From: Deltaproteobacteria bacterium
GTDB lineage: Bacteria > Desulfobacterota > BSN033 > WVXP01
Length of the DNA stretch: 64,000 bases
Direction: 5' to 3'
Assembly (NCBI GenBank): GCA_019308905.1
Contig: JAFDHF010000002.1
Location: 75,854-139,853, forward strand
Both the position numbers and the translations under genes were made by a program. A model generated the notes under the pieces. The model worked only from the letters and a program-made list of their open reading frames with translations, ran no database searches and was not told the origin of the DNA. Position 1 is the first letter of the stretch. Each line of letters opens with the position of its first letter. Shown here piece by piece: positions 28,697 through 39,368 of this stretch.

Positions 28697-29354
28697 CCCC
28701 GACACCTCCATCCTCGCTGCAATCGCCTCCACTTCAGAAACCGGGAACCCAGTCTATCACAGAGGCGGGTTCTTTTCCAGGTGGGGAGCGATCCAGCAGA
28801 GGTCTCTCCCCCTCCGGCTAGGCGCACGACTCCCCTCCCATGGAGCTACCGTACTTACGAACTGGACCATTCTTATCTCGCACAGGACATGAAGTCAACG
28901 GGAGAAAAGACGGATCTTCCCGGTTCCGGTCACTCCCAACGACTCCCAGTAGAATCCGCCGACTGATAGACCACCCGTTCAAATACGGGTTCAAAGCCCG
29001 ACAATACCGGATTGGAACCACCCTCATGGGACGGGCTGAACATGCCTAATGACCTTCAGCCTCCTGTTTCCAAGACCGCCCACAAGGCAAACCATGATAA
29101 AGAAAGAGACAGCCGATTGCAATGGATTTCTGCTTGCAACCGAAGCGCCGGATATGGTAATTTGCTCTTTGTGACGGCCGCCTGTTCTCCTTGCACAGCA
29201 CGTTTCGACTGTATCGTCTCCTGCACAGGGATCTTTTCCTTCAGAGACAACATGTATCGGATCCTATAAGGATACCCCAAGGCTAGGGGATTCTGCCTTC
29301 GAGGGCCGGAGAAATTGAAACGAAAACCGTGAGTGACTGTTACGAGATCCTGCC

Positions 29355-29885
29355 ATGCGAAAGAAAACAGGAAAAAGACTCGACAAGATCGATTCCAAGA
29401 TCATCGGTCTTTTACAGAAGAACGGGAGACTTCCGAATACACAGATCGCCAAGGAACTCGGCATATCCGAGACTACGGTCAGGAAGCGCCTGGACCGCCT
29501 GATCGAAGAGGAGTTCATACAGGTTGTCGCCGTAGGTAACCCTTTCAAACTGGGATTCGGAATCGTAGGAACGATCAAGATCAGCATAGACATCAAGGAA
29601 GTCGAGAACGTCATAAGAGAGTTACAAAAGCTGCACGAAGTGTGGTACATAGCTGTAACAACAGGGGCCACCGATATCGATATCGAATTCAACACCCGTT
29701 CTCTCGAGGATCTCCATGACCTGGTCTACGAAAAAATCAACAAGATTGACGGTATCATTCGGACAGAAACAATGTTGATCATAAGGTACGCCAAGAGGCG
29801 CTACGACTGGGGTACCGCCTTGGACTACCCGAGGTCTTCGCTATCGAACATGGAGGAAAAGCAAGGAGAGATCCAGATTCCTTGA
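29355..29885 (+). CDS. Lrp/AsnC-family transcriptional regulator
   Basis: HTH_AsnC N-terminus (IDSKIIGLLQKNGRLPNTQIAKELGISETTVRKRL) plus a RAM domain. Confidence 0.85.
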   Translation: MRKKTGKRLDKIDSKIIGLLQKNGRLPNTQIAKELGISETTVRKRLDRLIEEEFIQVVAVGNPFKLGFGIVGTIKISIDIKEVENVIRELQKLHEVWYIAVTTGATDIDIEFNTRSLEDLHDLVYEKINKIDGIIRTETMLIIRYAKRRYDWGTALDYPRSSLSNMEEKQGEIQIP

Positions 29886-29898
29886 CCCGTCGAACCGC

Positions 29899-31974
29899 TC
29901 ACCCGGGCTGGCCAACGGCTTCCATGACGTAGTACCCCTCTTCCTGGAGGGAAATCTCGAAGCGACCAGGAACGAGGATGGTCGTATCCGGCAGGACCAG
30001 TATCGCCGGTCCTGCAACCTTCATACCTGCCATAAGCTTATCGGCGTCATAACAGAGAGTCTCCACGAAATCCTCCTCTCCCTCAAAATAGGCCTGCTGC
30101 CTGCCGATCAAGGCGTCGGACGGAACGCCACCTCCACTGGACCGCCCCTGCAAGGCGATCCTCGGCGTGAGGCTTCTGGCCAGACTTCTCCACATGACAA
30201 ACTCCACATTGGACTGCGGATCGGCCGTCTTGTATCTTGCCAGATGGGCCCTGTGGAAATCTTCGGCCAGGCGAGCCACGACCTCAGGTGTCGCCCTGCT
30301 ACCCTCCAGGGCAACCTCGAGTTCGATGACCTGCATGGGATACCTGGCGGCCGAGTAATACTCGAAAACCCGGGTCTCAGGCGGCGCCCCGAGCCGGTCG
30401 AGGAACGCTCTTCCCTTCTCTTCGAGCTCTCCCAGGATTCTGTTAACCCCCTCGTAGTCGAAATCTCTGCTGGTGGTGTACCTGCTGGCGACGCTGCTCA
30501 AGGCTATATCCGCATTGAGTCCGCCAAAGGCACAGAGCACCGCTGTCTCCTTGGGGATGATAACCCGCTTGACCCCCATCTCCCTGGCAAGACCTGCAGC
30601 AAAAAGCCCTGTCGCGCCTCCACCTGAAACAATAACAAACTCCCTGGGATCGATACCTCGCCTTACCGTCATATCCAGAATGCCGCCCACCATCTTCTCT
30701 CTGGCCACCTGGTAGATGCCCATGGCCGCCTGCCTGACACTCAGACCGAGAGGTGAGGCTATTTTTTCTTCCACCGCCTTCTCTGCCGACTCGGGAGATA
30801 TCGCCATCCTTCCGCCCAGGAAATAACCGGGAATGATGTACCCGAGGGCGACACAGGCATCGGTGACCGTGGGCTCCGTGCCCCCCCTCATGTAGCATGC
30901 AGGACCGGGCACCGCACCGGCGCTCTGCGGACCGACATTGAGTCTGCCTGCCGGGTCCACCCATGCAATACTTCCGCCTCCGGCCCCGAGGGTCAATATT
31001 TCCGTAGCGGATACACCTGTTGGGTAGTTGAGAATCCTTCCATCTCTCGTCGTTGTTATCCGCCCTTCGATCACCGTGCTCACATCGAAGCTTGTCCCCC
31101 CCATATCGATCACGAGGCAATTCTGTTCCTTGTTTTGTTCTGCAAAGTACAGCCCTGCCACAGGCCCCATGGAGGGCCCGGAAAAAAGCATGAACACGGG
31201 TTTTTCCATGATCTCTTCGATCGGCACCAGTCCCCCGCTCGACACAACGATCAGAGGATCCCCTCTGAAGCCCTTTTCGGATAAGGTATCCCGAAGCCTC
31301 TTCAAATACTCCGTGACGACGGGTTGAACCATACAGTTGAGAACAGTGCAGGACATGCGGTGGTATTCGCGGATAATCGGCTGGACCTCGCAGCTGAGGC
31401 TGTAGGACACGCTCGGCCACTCTTCCCGGATTATCTCACCGATCCGTCGTTCGTGCCGGGGATTGACTATGGACCACAACAGGCAGACTGCTATGGTTTT
31501 CACATCCCACTTCTTGAACTGAGCTACAGCCCGTCTGACCTCATCCTCACTAAGAGGAACGAGTACCTTCCCCTCTTTGTTCATCCTTTCGGTCACTTCC
31601 AGGCAGAGATACGGCCGGACCAGAGGCTCGGGAGGGGAAACCTTGTAATCGAATATGTTCAGGCGACGGCCCTCTCCACGCCAGAGAACGTATTTGGTTC
31701 CCCTACTACAGATGACCCCGCACTTGACGCCCTTCCTCTCGAGAATGGCATTGGTCGCCGTGGTGGAGCCGTGGATGAACACATCGGTTTTGCTTAGGAG
31801 ACCTTCGAGGCCGACCCCCAACCCCTTGCCGGCCAGTGTCAAGCAGTCCAGGACTCCCCGGGTGAGATCCTCCGGAGTGGTCGGTGCCTTATGCCTTCCC
31901 AACAAGACCTCGTCATCCGCTACCGCGAGATCGGTGAAAGTCCCGCCCACATCCACACTGATTCTATATCCCAC
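29899..31974 (-). CDS. hyuA: hydantoinase/oxoprolinase family protein, A (beta) subunit
   Basis: Hydantoinase_A N-terminus (RISVDVGGTFTDLAV) and ASKHA-fold ATPase. GTG start. Confidence 0.85.
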   Translation of the reverse strand: MGYRISVDVGGTFTDLAVADDEVLLGRHKAPTTPEDLTRGVLDCLTLAGKGLGVGLEGLLSKTDVFIHGSTTATNAILERKGVKCGVICSRGTKYVLWRGEGRRLNIFDYKVSPPEPLVRPYLCLEVTERMNKEGKVLVPLSEDEVRRAVAQFKKWDVKTIAVCLLWSIVNPRHERRIGEIIREEWPSVSYSLSCEVQPIIREYHRMSCTVLNCMVQPVVTEYLKRLRDTLSEKGFRGDPLIVVSSGGLVPIEEIMEKPVFMLFSGPSMGPVAGLYFAEQNKEQNCLVIDMGGTSFDVSTVIEGRITTTRDGRILNYPTGVSATEILTLGAGGGSIAWVDPAGRLNVGPQSAGAVPGPACYMRGGTEPTVTDACVALGYIIPGYFLGGRMAISPESAEKAVEEKIASPLGLSVRQAAMGIYQVAREKMVGGILDMTVRRGIDPREFVIVSGGGATGLFAAGLAREMGVKRVIIPKETAVLCAFGGLNADIALSSVASRYTTSRDFDYEGVNRILGELEEKGRAFLDRLGAPPETRVFEYYSAARYPMQVIELEVALEGSRATPEVVARLAEDFHRAHLARYKTADPQSNVEFVMWRSLARSLTPRIALQGRSSGGGVPSDALIGRQQAYFEGEEDFVETLCYDADKLMAGMKVAGPAILVLPDTTILVPGRFEISLQEEGYYVMEAVGQPG

Positions 31975-31977
31975 CTC

Positions 31978-33861
31978 TCATTTCCCCTCGGCTTCTCTCT
32001 TGGCCTGTTCCCGGAGTTTCTCGGTGGCCGCGTAGTCGACCTCGAACAACTCTGGCTCTGTATTGATGACCACCTTGTAGATGTCCCTCGCGGCCTCAAG
32101 GGAGACGAAGCCGTCTCTCACATCGGCCCGGACCGCCTCCGGGTCCCGCTCCGCGGGATCGCCGTAACCGCCCCCCCCGCTGGTCACGGCCACCCACTCC
32201 TCATCAGGGCCGACAGTCGCGTTGCCTGCGCTGGAAAGATGCCTCAACCTTTTCCCGGTGTGATGGTCGACGATCCAATGATCATCCGAAGAACCGGCAA
32301 GGCCCCCGTAAAGCCCGAAGGGCCTGTTCGTGTACCCGGTCGCGGCATATATGAGGAGCATCTCGTGGTTCACCGGTTGAATCCTCTGGCCCACAGACAC
32401 CCCGCCCCTCCATTTGCCTGGGCCCCCGGAGTCCCTTGCGGCACTGATCTCCCAGACTATGTTCGGTACCGCCAGCTCAAAGGTCTCTATGAATTCATAC
32501 CCCATATTGCCCATAATACACGGGGCAAACATGTGGGGCAGCCCGTCGAAGCCCTCTGTTGCCCCGCCCGCGGCAGCCGCCAGATAGTACTGATGTCCAT
32601 AAGGCTCACCGGTCGACGGATCGACTCCAGAGGCATCGAGATTGGCGACGGAAAACTCGCCCATACCGGCAATGGCACGGTCCGGCAGGATCTTTGACCA
32701 CGTCTTGAACACGAGATTCGTGATGGTGTCGCAAAAACCGGTGGTGGCTATACTGGTTGCGGCCGGCCATCGCGGTATCCCTGCTATCGAACCTTCTCTC
32801 AGCAGGACCTCTATGTGATCCATGACCCCGTCATTGAGGGGGAGGCTGGGATCGAGTACGGGAAGCGTACCTTGAATGGCCGAACACCTCGCCGTCGCAT
32901 AGGTCAAGTTATAGGAACACTCAAGCTGATCGGGCATCTCTCTGTAGTCAAAAGTGATCACACCCCTGTCCGGGTCAATGGATAGTTTCATTCTAAGGTT
33001 GACCCCTTCCGGGCAGAACTCCTCGATTTTCTCACTGATCATCTCTTCTTCCACGGTCACCTTGGGAAATTTCCTGATTTCCTCCCTCATCTTCCTGTCG
33101 CCGTACCTCAGGGTCTCTTCGAAACACCCTTTCACGGTATCGTAGCCGAACCGGTCGCAGAGTTCTATGACCCTGTTCTCGGCGACCCACAGAGACCCGG
33201 TCTGGGCAAGGAAATCTCCGTACCACTGTCTTGAATACCGGAAGTTGTAACCGATAAAGCGAATCAGGTCCGGAATTATCTCATGGTTGCGGCACAGTCT
33301 CACACCAGGGAAATGCATCCCCTCTTGGTAGATCTCCTTGGCATAGACATCGCCTGTCGTGGGCAACGGGCACCCTATGTCGATCAGGTGGCACTTGTTG
33401 ACCGCCCAGACAACGAATTTTCCCTTGTAGAAGATAGGAGCAAACATCGTCCAATCGCCGACGTGTGCATTGCCGGCAAAAGAGGCGTTATTGACGAAAA
33501 CATCCCCCTCATGAATGTCGTCTCCAAAAGACCTTATGACCCATCTCAAGGCGGGACTCAGGGTTCCCACGTGCACGGGGAGGCAGTCGAACATGAACAG
33601 GACCTTTGCCCTTGCATTCAGTAAAGTGCACGTAAAATCCTTCGCGCCGTAGAGAATCGGATTCCGCGCAGTAGCGAGAATCGTCTCGGTCATCTCGCTC
33701 ATGATCCCTTCGGCTCTTGCCACGACCACCGAAAAGGTGATCGGGTCGACCTCCGCATCTCCGGTCTCCAGCGCACCGGGTATGCCTTGTATCTCCCCTT
33801 CTTCGATCTCGCTGGTTATCTTTTCGACAGCATACGGCGGAAAATCTATGGTCTGTTGCAT
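31978..33861 (-). CDS. hyuB: hydantoinase B / oxoprolinase family protein (alpha subunit)
   Basis: Hydantoinase_B homology over the full length. Its stop lies 3 nt from the hyuA start, forming an operon. Confidence 0.85.
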   Translation of the reverse strand: MQQTIDFPPYAVEKITSEIEEGEIQGIPGALETGDAEVDPITFSVVVARAEGIMSEMTETILATARNPILYGAKDFTCTLLNARAKVLFMFDCLPVHVGTLSPALRWVIRSFGDDIHEGDVFVNNASFAGNAHVGDWTMFAPIFYKGKFVVWAVNKCHLIDIGCPLPTTGDVYAKEIYQEGMHFPGVRLCRNHEIIPDLIRFIGYNFRYSRQWYGDFLAQTGSLWVAENRVIELCDRFGYDTVKGCFEETLRYGDRKMREEIRKFPKVTVEEEMISEKIEEFCPEGVNLRMKLSIDPDRGVITFDYREMPDQLECSYNLTYATARCSAIQGTLPVLDPSLPLNDGVMDHIEVLLREGSIAGIPRWPAATSIATTGFCDTITNLVFKTWSKILPDRAIAGMGEFSVANLDASGVDPSTGEPYGHQYYLAAAAGGATEGFDGLPHMFAPCIMGNMGYEFIETFELAVPNIVWEISAARDSGGPGKWRGGVSVGQRIQPVNHEMLLIYAATGYTNRPFGLYGGLAGSSDDHWIVDHHTGKRLRHLSSAGNATVGPDEEWVAVTSGGGGYGDPAERDPEAVRADVRDGFVSLEAARDIYKVVINTEPELFEVDYAATEKLREQAKREAEGK

Positions 33862-34041
33862 TCCCCCTGCCCCTATGAATCCAACGGAATCTCAGGCCTC
33901 CTCTGTCCGGTGCAAAGCTCGTCAGGATTACAGCTCTTCCTCCTGGCAAATCCTCCCGTCAGGTCGCAGAATTGAGCCACTCGATACGGAACTGCAACGG
34001 GAAAGCCGTATCGCGACGGCAATTGACCAGACTCCCGGTGA

Positions 34042-35229
34042 CTAGGTGAGATCCTCCTTCTTGGTGGCCTGGACCTTCATCTCCCTCTTTGCCAGTTCTC
34101 GGAAAAAGTACTTTGGGTCGATTGCTCCTTCCGGGCCCCACACGCCCGGTCGGACCCTTCCTTCCGATTGCATCCGGGCCGTGATGGAAGGCGGTACACC
34201 CGTTGACACTTCTCCGCAAGAAAAACCCCATCGGCTGTGGGTTCTGATGATGCAGTCGATCACGTATTCCGTCCTTTTCCCGTCCTTGTTGCCGATCACC
34301 TGGGCCCGAAGACACTCCATATCGTTGAGTGCAAGCTCCACACCCGCCATCTTCTCTTTGACATGCCTGTCGACCACGGCAGCCAGCACCTCGATGGGAG
34401 TCACCTTGGCACCGCCCACCTCGACCGGCTCCTTGCTCGCGAAACCGAGGGAGGCCAGGAACTGGGCCTTCTGTTCGAATTCAGCCGGGAGGCTCAACCG
34501 CCAGGTAACCTCCTTGATCCCTTTGTCTCCAAATGAAGCGGGGATAGTGGCCGGCTCGGAGTGAAGGGTATGGATGCAGGTCCGCCGTCCGATGGGCTCC
34601 GGGAAGTCGATCTCCATGGCCCCGGACATGGGTGGAAGTGTCCTGTACTCCCCGTCGATGAACTCCACGCAGTCATCGGAGTACTCCTCCATGATCGTCC
34701 TGATCGAGTACGGCGGTACAAAGGCTTCCACTCCTTTGGTGTCGGTCATATCGATACTCGCGTCGCTCAGGCGGACGATTTCCACCGTATCGAGCTGGTC
34801 GTAGCCGTACCGGGCCAGAACGTTGGTGATCCCCGGAGCTCCTCCGATCCCCAGAACGGCCGTGAGCCCGGCCTTCTCGAAATCGTCGAAAAGCTCCAGC
34901 TGCCGCCGTGTTGTATGGAACATCCCTCCGAGATCGTTGTAATGGCAGCCACCCTTGAGGCAGGCCTTCATGACGTTCAGGTTGACATAGTACTGGGCTG
35001 CATTGATCACGGCGTCATATCCCTTGAGCAGTTCCGCCGTTTCGTCGACTCTGTACGCATCGACGAAGGCTCCCTTGATACGGGAATCCCCCATCGAGGC
35101 CGCTGCCTCTTCCGCCTTTTGACCCTGATAATCCGCAAGGAGAATCTCCTCTACCCCGGCATTCTCGCTCAGATCCCTCACTATGGTCCGTGCCATGGCT
35201 CCTGCCCCGCCAACGACTGCGACTCTCAT
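34042..35229 (-). CDS. saccharopine dehydrogenase family NAD(P)-binding protein
   Basis: Rossmann N-terminus (MRVAVVGGAGAMARTIV) and a saccharopine-dehydrogenase C-terminal domain. Start at the ATG 35227-35229, which has a GGAGG ribosome-binding site. Confidence 0.8.
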   Translation of the reverse strand: MRVAVVGGAGAMARTIVRDLSENAGVEEILLADYQGQKAEEAAASMGDSRIKGAFVDAYRVDETAELLKGYDAVINAAQYYVNLNVMKACLKGGCHYNDLGGMFHTTRRQLELFDDFEKAGLTAVLGIGGAPGITNVLARYGYDQLDTVEIVRLSDASIDMTDTKGVEAFVPPYSIRTIMEEYSDDCVEFIDGEYRTLPPMSGAMEIDFPEPIGRRTCIHTLHSEPATIPASFGDKGIKEVTWRLSLPAEFEQKAQFLASLGFASKEPVEVGGAKVTPIEVLAAVVDRHVKEKMAGVELALNDMECLRAQVIGNKDGKRTEYVIDCIIRTHSRWGFSCGEVSTGVPPSITARMQSEGRVRPGVWGPEGAIDPKYFFRELAKREMKVQATKKEDLT

Positions 35230-35312
35230 CTTTCTCCTCCCATCGTCCATCCATCAGAACTGGGTGTTTGGAAACATACGACCCGTCCCGAGCCTCCACA
35301 ACAAGCAGGGGA

Positions 35313-37181
35313 CTATCTTACCGGCTTCCCGTGCTTCAGGTCCGGATATCCATGGATGTCCCTGACAATCTCCTCGAGCCCGAGAGATCTCAATTTATCC
35401 GGAACCGGCCTCCCTTCATCATCCCATTGCCTCAGCTCGTAGTACCGCTCGAGCATCTCTTGAAGCGGAACGACCTGGCCCCGACAGGGCCCATCGGGCA
35501 GAGGGGTTTTCAGGAATCGATCAGGGAGAGTATCGTCCTTGGACGTGATTCCCTCCCTGACATCGAAAGCCCGTTCGACGGCGACTATCCTCTCTCCGAT
35601 CCTCAAGAGCTGGGGGAAGCTCATCCTCTTCCCGGTTACTGCATTCACCAGTTTCGTAAGGAATCGATCGTAGTAACCGCCTATGTCGCTGAGAAAATGA
35701 CAGACACCAAGGCTGTCTTCGACCGCCCGCAACTCCTCCATGTATTTGACCAAATCGGCTTTGCCTTCCACCCTTGTCCTCTCTTCGATCCCGGCATAGG
35801 GTTCCATGTAGACACCCACCTTGTTATGGGCCCCTCCAACGGTTGAAACCGCCGTGCCGAGAGCCCATGCATTGAGGCCTCTCAACTCGACCATGACGAG
35901 TTCAAGACCCTTGACGTGCATTGCGAAATTCCTGGTCTCTTCGCCCCACTCCTCGGAGAGTCTCTTTGTCCCCCTTGATAGAAGATCGCCGATCCCTTGC
36001 CGGCGGGCGACTCTCCCTATCAGGGAAAGAACCGCCTCTTCGTCGCCCCAGGTCAGATCAATCTCCTCCACATCCTGCTTTTGGAGGATTCCTTTCTCGT
36101 GGCATTCCATGACAAAGGAGAGGGTGGCTCCGAGGGATATCTCATCGAGACCGTATCTGTTGCACTCCGTGTGAATCTTCAACATTGCTGCCGGGTCCGG
36201 AATGTCGAGACCGGATCCGAACTGACCGGTCACGGTGAGCTGAGGAGCCTCGCCGAAGGAGTTTCTGTACCTCCCTTTTCTGACCACGAAAGAATGGCTG
36301 CAGGCCGTCATGCAGGTGCCGCAGGCTTTGCTCTTGATCCAGTTCTGTCTTTCGAAGATCTCACCTCTCAATCTGTGGACCTTCCTGTATACTCCTGTTT
36401 GGAAATTCTTTGTCTCCAATACACCGGCCCTGCTGTAGTTCTCCGTCTCACCGATCGTCCCTTTTCTCAGGAGGCTCTCGAGGTAGTCGGTCCGTGAGAA
36501 AAGATTCTCCGCCCGCCGAACGAGGTCGAGAAGTCTGCCGTGATTCGCCACATGGACCGACCGTCCGCTTCGCACTGCAACGGCCTTCAACCCCTTGGAA
36601 CCCATGACTGCTCCAAGGCCTCCACGACCGGCCGCCCTGTTCATGTCACCTATTATGTTGGCGTAGCTCACCAGATTCTCGCCCGCTTGGCCGATCGCCG
36701 CTATTCGAACATAGGGATCCCCCAATTCCGTCCGGATGATATTGTTCGTCTCCCATACGTCCTTTCCCCAAAGATGCCCCGCCTCCCTCAATTCGATACA
36801 CCCGTCACTGATATGCAAATACACGGGTTCCTTCGAAGCGCCCTTGAGAACGAGTAGATCGACCCCGGCTCTTCGCAGCTCTATCCCAAAAAAGCCCTTT
36901 GCCGTCCCCAGGGCGATGATTCCGGTGAGGGGAGATTTCGATCCCACGTTCCAAACGCACGAACTCGGCACCAGGGTGCCGACAAGCGGGCCTACTCCGA
37001 AAGCGAGCACGTTGCCAGGCGCGAGGGGATCGATTTCGGGACCTACGAGGCGATAGAGGGTGTGGGAGATCAATCCACGACCCCCCAGGAATCTCTCCAT
37101 TGAACCCTCGGGAAGGGATGTCCTGCTGATCTGTGAGGCCCCGAGATCGACTGTGACCTGAGTTCCCGTCCATCGGGCCAT
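35313..37181 (-). CDS. tungsten-type aldehyde:ferredoxin oxidoreductase (second AOR paralog)
   Basis: AOR N-terminal and C-terminal domains. Start refined to the ATG at 37179-37181. Confidence 0.85.
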   Translation of the reverse strand: MARWTGTQVTVDLGASQISRTSLPEGSMERFLGGRGLISHTLYRLVGPEIDPLAPGNVLAFGVGPLVGTLVPSSCVWNVGSKSPLTGIIALGTAKGFFGIELRRAGVDLLVLKGASKEPVYLHISDGCIELREAGHLWGKDVWETNNIIRTELGDPYVRIAAIGQAGENLVSYANIIGDMNRAAGRGGLGAVMGSKGLKAVAVRSGRSVHVANHGRLLDLVRRAENLFSRTDYLESLLRKGTIGETENYSRAGVLETKNFQTGVYRKVHRLRGEIFERQNWIKSKACGTCMTACSHSFVVRKGRYRNSFGEAPQLTVTGQFGSGLDIPDPAAMLKIHTECNRYGLDEISLGATLSFVMECHEKGILQKQDVEEIDLTWGDEEAVLSLIGRVARRQGIGDLLSRGTKRLSEEWGEETRNFAMHVKGLELVMVELRGLNAWALGTAVSTVGGAHNKVGVYMEPYAGIEERTRVEGKADLVKYMEELRAVEDSLGVCHFLSDIGGYYDRFLTKLVNAVTGKRMSFPQLLRIGERIVAVERAFDVREGITSKDDTLPDRFLKTPLPDGPCRGQVVPLQEMLERYYELRQWDDEGRPVPDKLRSLGLEEIVRDIHGYPDLKHGKPVR

Positions 37182-37201
37182 GATTGGATGTCTCTTTCCC
37201 G

Positions 37202-37525
37202 CTAGAGTTTTGTCTTTCCACCAACGAGAGGAGCCGTGATCACACCCAGCCCCCTCTCCTTTAGACACACCCCTGCCTCACCCACGTCCATGAACTCGAT
37301 CGCACGGGCAGGACAGAGGCGAGTGCATTCGCCGCAGGCATTGCAGCCGACCTTGATCACCGGTATGTTGACGTCGAGCTTTTCGTCACTGAGAATGAGT
37401 ATGAATGCATCCTCTCTTTCGAGATTTTTCACGGCAGAGCAAACGATCTCGCAGACCCGGCACCCACTGCATCGATCCAAGTGGACCAAAAGCGTCTTGT
37501 CCTGGATGAGTACATTCCTGTTCAT
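37202..37525 (-). CDS. 2x[4Fe-4S] ferredoxin (AOR-associated electron carrier)
   Basis: Two CxxCxxCxxxCP clusters (CSGCRVCEIVC and CNACGECTRLCP). It lies directly upstream of the AOR gene. Confidence 0.8.
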   Translation of the reverse strand: MNRNVLIQDKTLLVHLDRCSGCRVCEIVCSAVKNLEREDAFILILSDEKLDVNIPVIKVGCNACGECTRLCPARAIEFMDVGEAGVCLKERGLGVITAPLVGGKTKL

Positions 37526-37986
37526 GACTTCAATTCGTACAAATAGGTAGGCTCTGTACTGATTTTCGTCATTCTAGGACGGAATTCGCCGAATGTCAAT
37601 ATTTTATATCGCGCATTTTTCACAGTCCGAAGGCCAACCGGGGAATCATGCGTCCCTGTATCTGCGGGCCTGCCCCGACCCGGTTCCGCTCCTGAAAGGG
37701 GTGAAGCCACCCTCAAGCGCACCGTATCGGAGTGCTCAACCAGCCAGATGGGAAAGCCATGCGGGCAAACCTCTCAGAACTCGGTCTTGTTGGAAGTAGA
37801 GCTTCCTAGGTTCAAGAATTTCTTATGTTTTCCTACCGATACGGAGCGGGGCACCTGAGGCTGCGAGCCCGGCGAAGCGTATCGGGGCTTTTGCCCAATT
37901 GCAGCAGTTTTTCGTCGCAATTGGCCTTAAAGTTCGTAACTTTCGTCGTATTCAGGCCCAAATATTCTGTTTGTCGAATTTCGTGC

Positions 37987-38015
37987 TTGACATCCGAGCA
38001 GGATGAATGTATCTT
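37987..38015 (+). promoter_or_regulatory. candidate sigma70 promoter (TTGACA, 17 nt spacer, TATCTT) for the liv-type operon
   Basis: TTGACA at 37987-37992. It lies in a 565-nt divergent intergenic region. Confidence 0.3.
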
Positions 38016-38090
38016 GGTCTTTTGATCATCGGGCTGGGTGGCTGCCCGTGCATTTTGCCTGGTGAAAGACCAGAAAGGAGGGGCGAGACG

Positions 38091-39314
38091 ATGAGGAAGG
38101 GAATCTGCCTTATCACAGGATTGGTTTGGTGCCTTGGGACCGTTCTCATGGGGAATGTACCTCTCGGTGCGGCAGAGGTGATCAAAGTGGGGGCTCTTGT
38201 TCCTTACACCGGCGCTTACTCGAGCGATGGTGACGATATGCTGAAGGGTATCACCATGGGGGTTGACGAGATCAACGCCAGGGGAGGGATCCTGGGAAAG
38301 AAGATCAAGATCATCATCGGCGACACAGGGGAACTCGAACCGGACAAGATCGTTACAGCGGTGGAAAAGCTCGTGAACCGCGACAAGGTGAACGCCATAT
38401 TCACGGGTTACGCGGACACCGGATCGGACGTTACGGCTGTCGGAAAGTACGATATCCCCTATTTTCATGCCGACACAACCCACATTTCCCTGGATCTCGT
38501 GAAGGAGAATATCGACAAGTACTGGAATGTCTTCATGGTGGACGATGACGAAGGCATCTACGGCCCCTGGGTCTATGAGGCGGTCACCAAGACACTGGGA
38601 ATCGAGTTCCGAAACAAGAAAGTGGCAATAATCACCAACGACTACTCGTTCACCAAGTGGATTTCAGATGACTTCAGAAAAGCCCTGAAAGGAGGCGGAT
38701 GGGAGATCGTTGTCGACGAGTTCGTCCCCTTTGGGACGAGTGAGTGGGGATCCACTCTCGGGAAGATAAGGTCCAAAGATCCGTCCTGGATTCTTTTCAT
38801 CGATATGATGCCTGCCGAAGAGGCGAGCTTTATCCGGCAATTCACAGAGAAACCAATCAACGCTCACGTCTACATGATGTACGGTCCTTCGATTCCGGAA
38901 TTCTTGGAGCTAGCCGGGGAAGCGGCAAACGGGATTTTCTGGTGTACCCAGATAGCACCTCTTGTCCACACGGAAAAGGGTAAGAACTGGGCCAAGAGGT
39001 TTGAGAAAAAGTACGGCCGCTCTCCCGGATTCAGCACCTCTGCATTCACCTACGACGAGGTCTACATCTGGGCGCAAGCAGTCCAAAAGGTCGGAAACGA
39101 GAAGGACTACAGGGCTGTATGCAAAGCCGTTCTGGACGCCCCTTACGAGGGTATATGTGGAAAATATGTCTTTGATCCCAAGGACCAGCACGCCATGATT
39201 GCCGACGACAAGATTCCGGTCCATCTCTATCAGGTCCGGAACAGGCACCATGTGTTGACCGTCCTGGGTGATAGGGTGATGTCGCCCTACGTGACACCTC
39301 CTTGGTTCAAGTGA
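38091..39314 (+). CDS. ABC transporter substrate-binding protein, LivK / branched-chain-amino-acid (periplasmic binding protein type I) family
   Basis: Signal peptide, Peripla_BP_6-like architecture, and an AAAGGAGG ribosome-binding site. Start refined to the ATG at 38091. Confidence 0.85.
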   Translation: MRKGICLITGLVWCLGTVLMGNVPLGAAEVIKVGALVPYTGAYSSDGDDMLKGITMGVDEINARGGILGKKIKIIIGDTGELEPDKIVTAVEKLVNRDKVNAIFTGYADTGSDVTAVGKYDIPYFHADTTHISLDLVKENIDKYWNVFMVDDDEGIYGPWVYEAVTKTLGIEFRNKKVAIITNDYSFTKWISDDFRKALKGGGWEIVVDEFVPFGTSEWGSTLGKIRSKDPSWILFIDMMPAEEASFIRQFTEKPINAHVYMMYGPSIPEFLELAGEAANGIFWCTQIAPLVHTEKGKNWAKRFEKKYGRSPGFSTSAFTYDEVYIWAQAVQKVGNEKDYRAVCKAVLDAPYEGICGKYVFDPKDQHAMIADDKIPVHLYQVRNRHHVLTVLGDRVMSPYVTPPWFK

Positions 39315-39368
39315 GTTTCTGCCAAGCAGCAGGAGACGAGATTCTTCTTTGGGATCGGTTGTTGGCTG

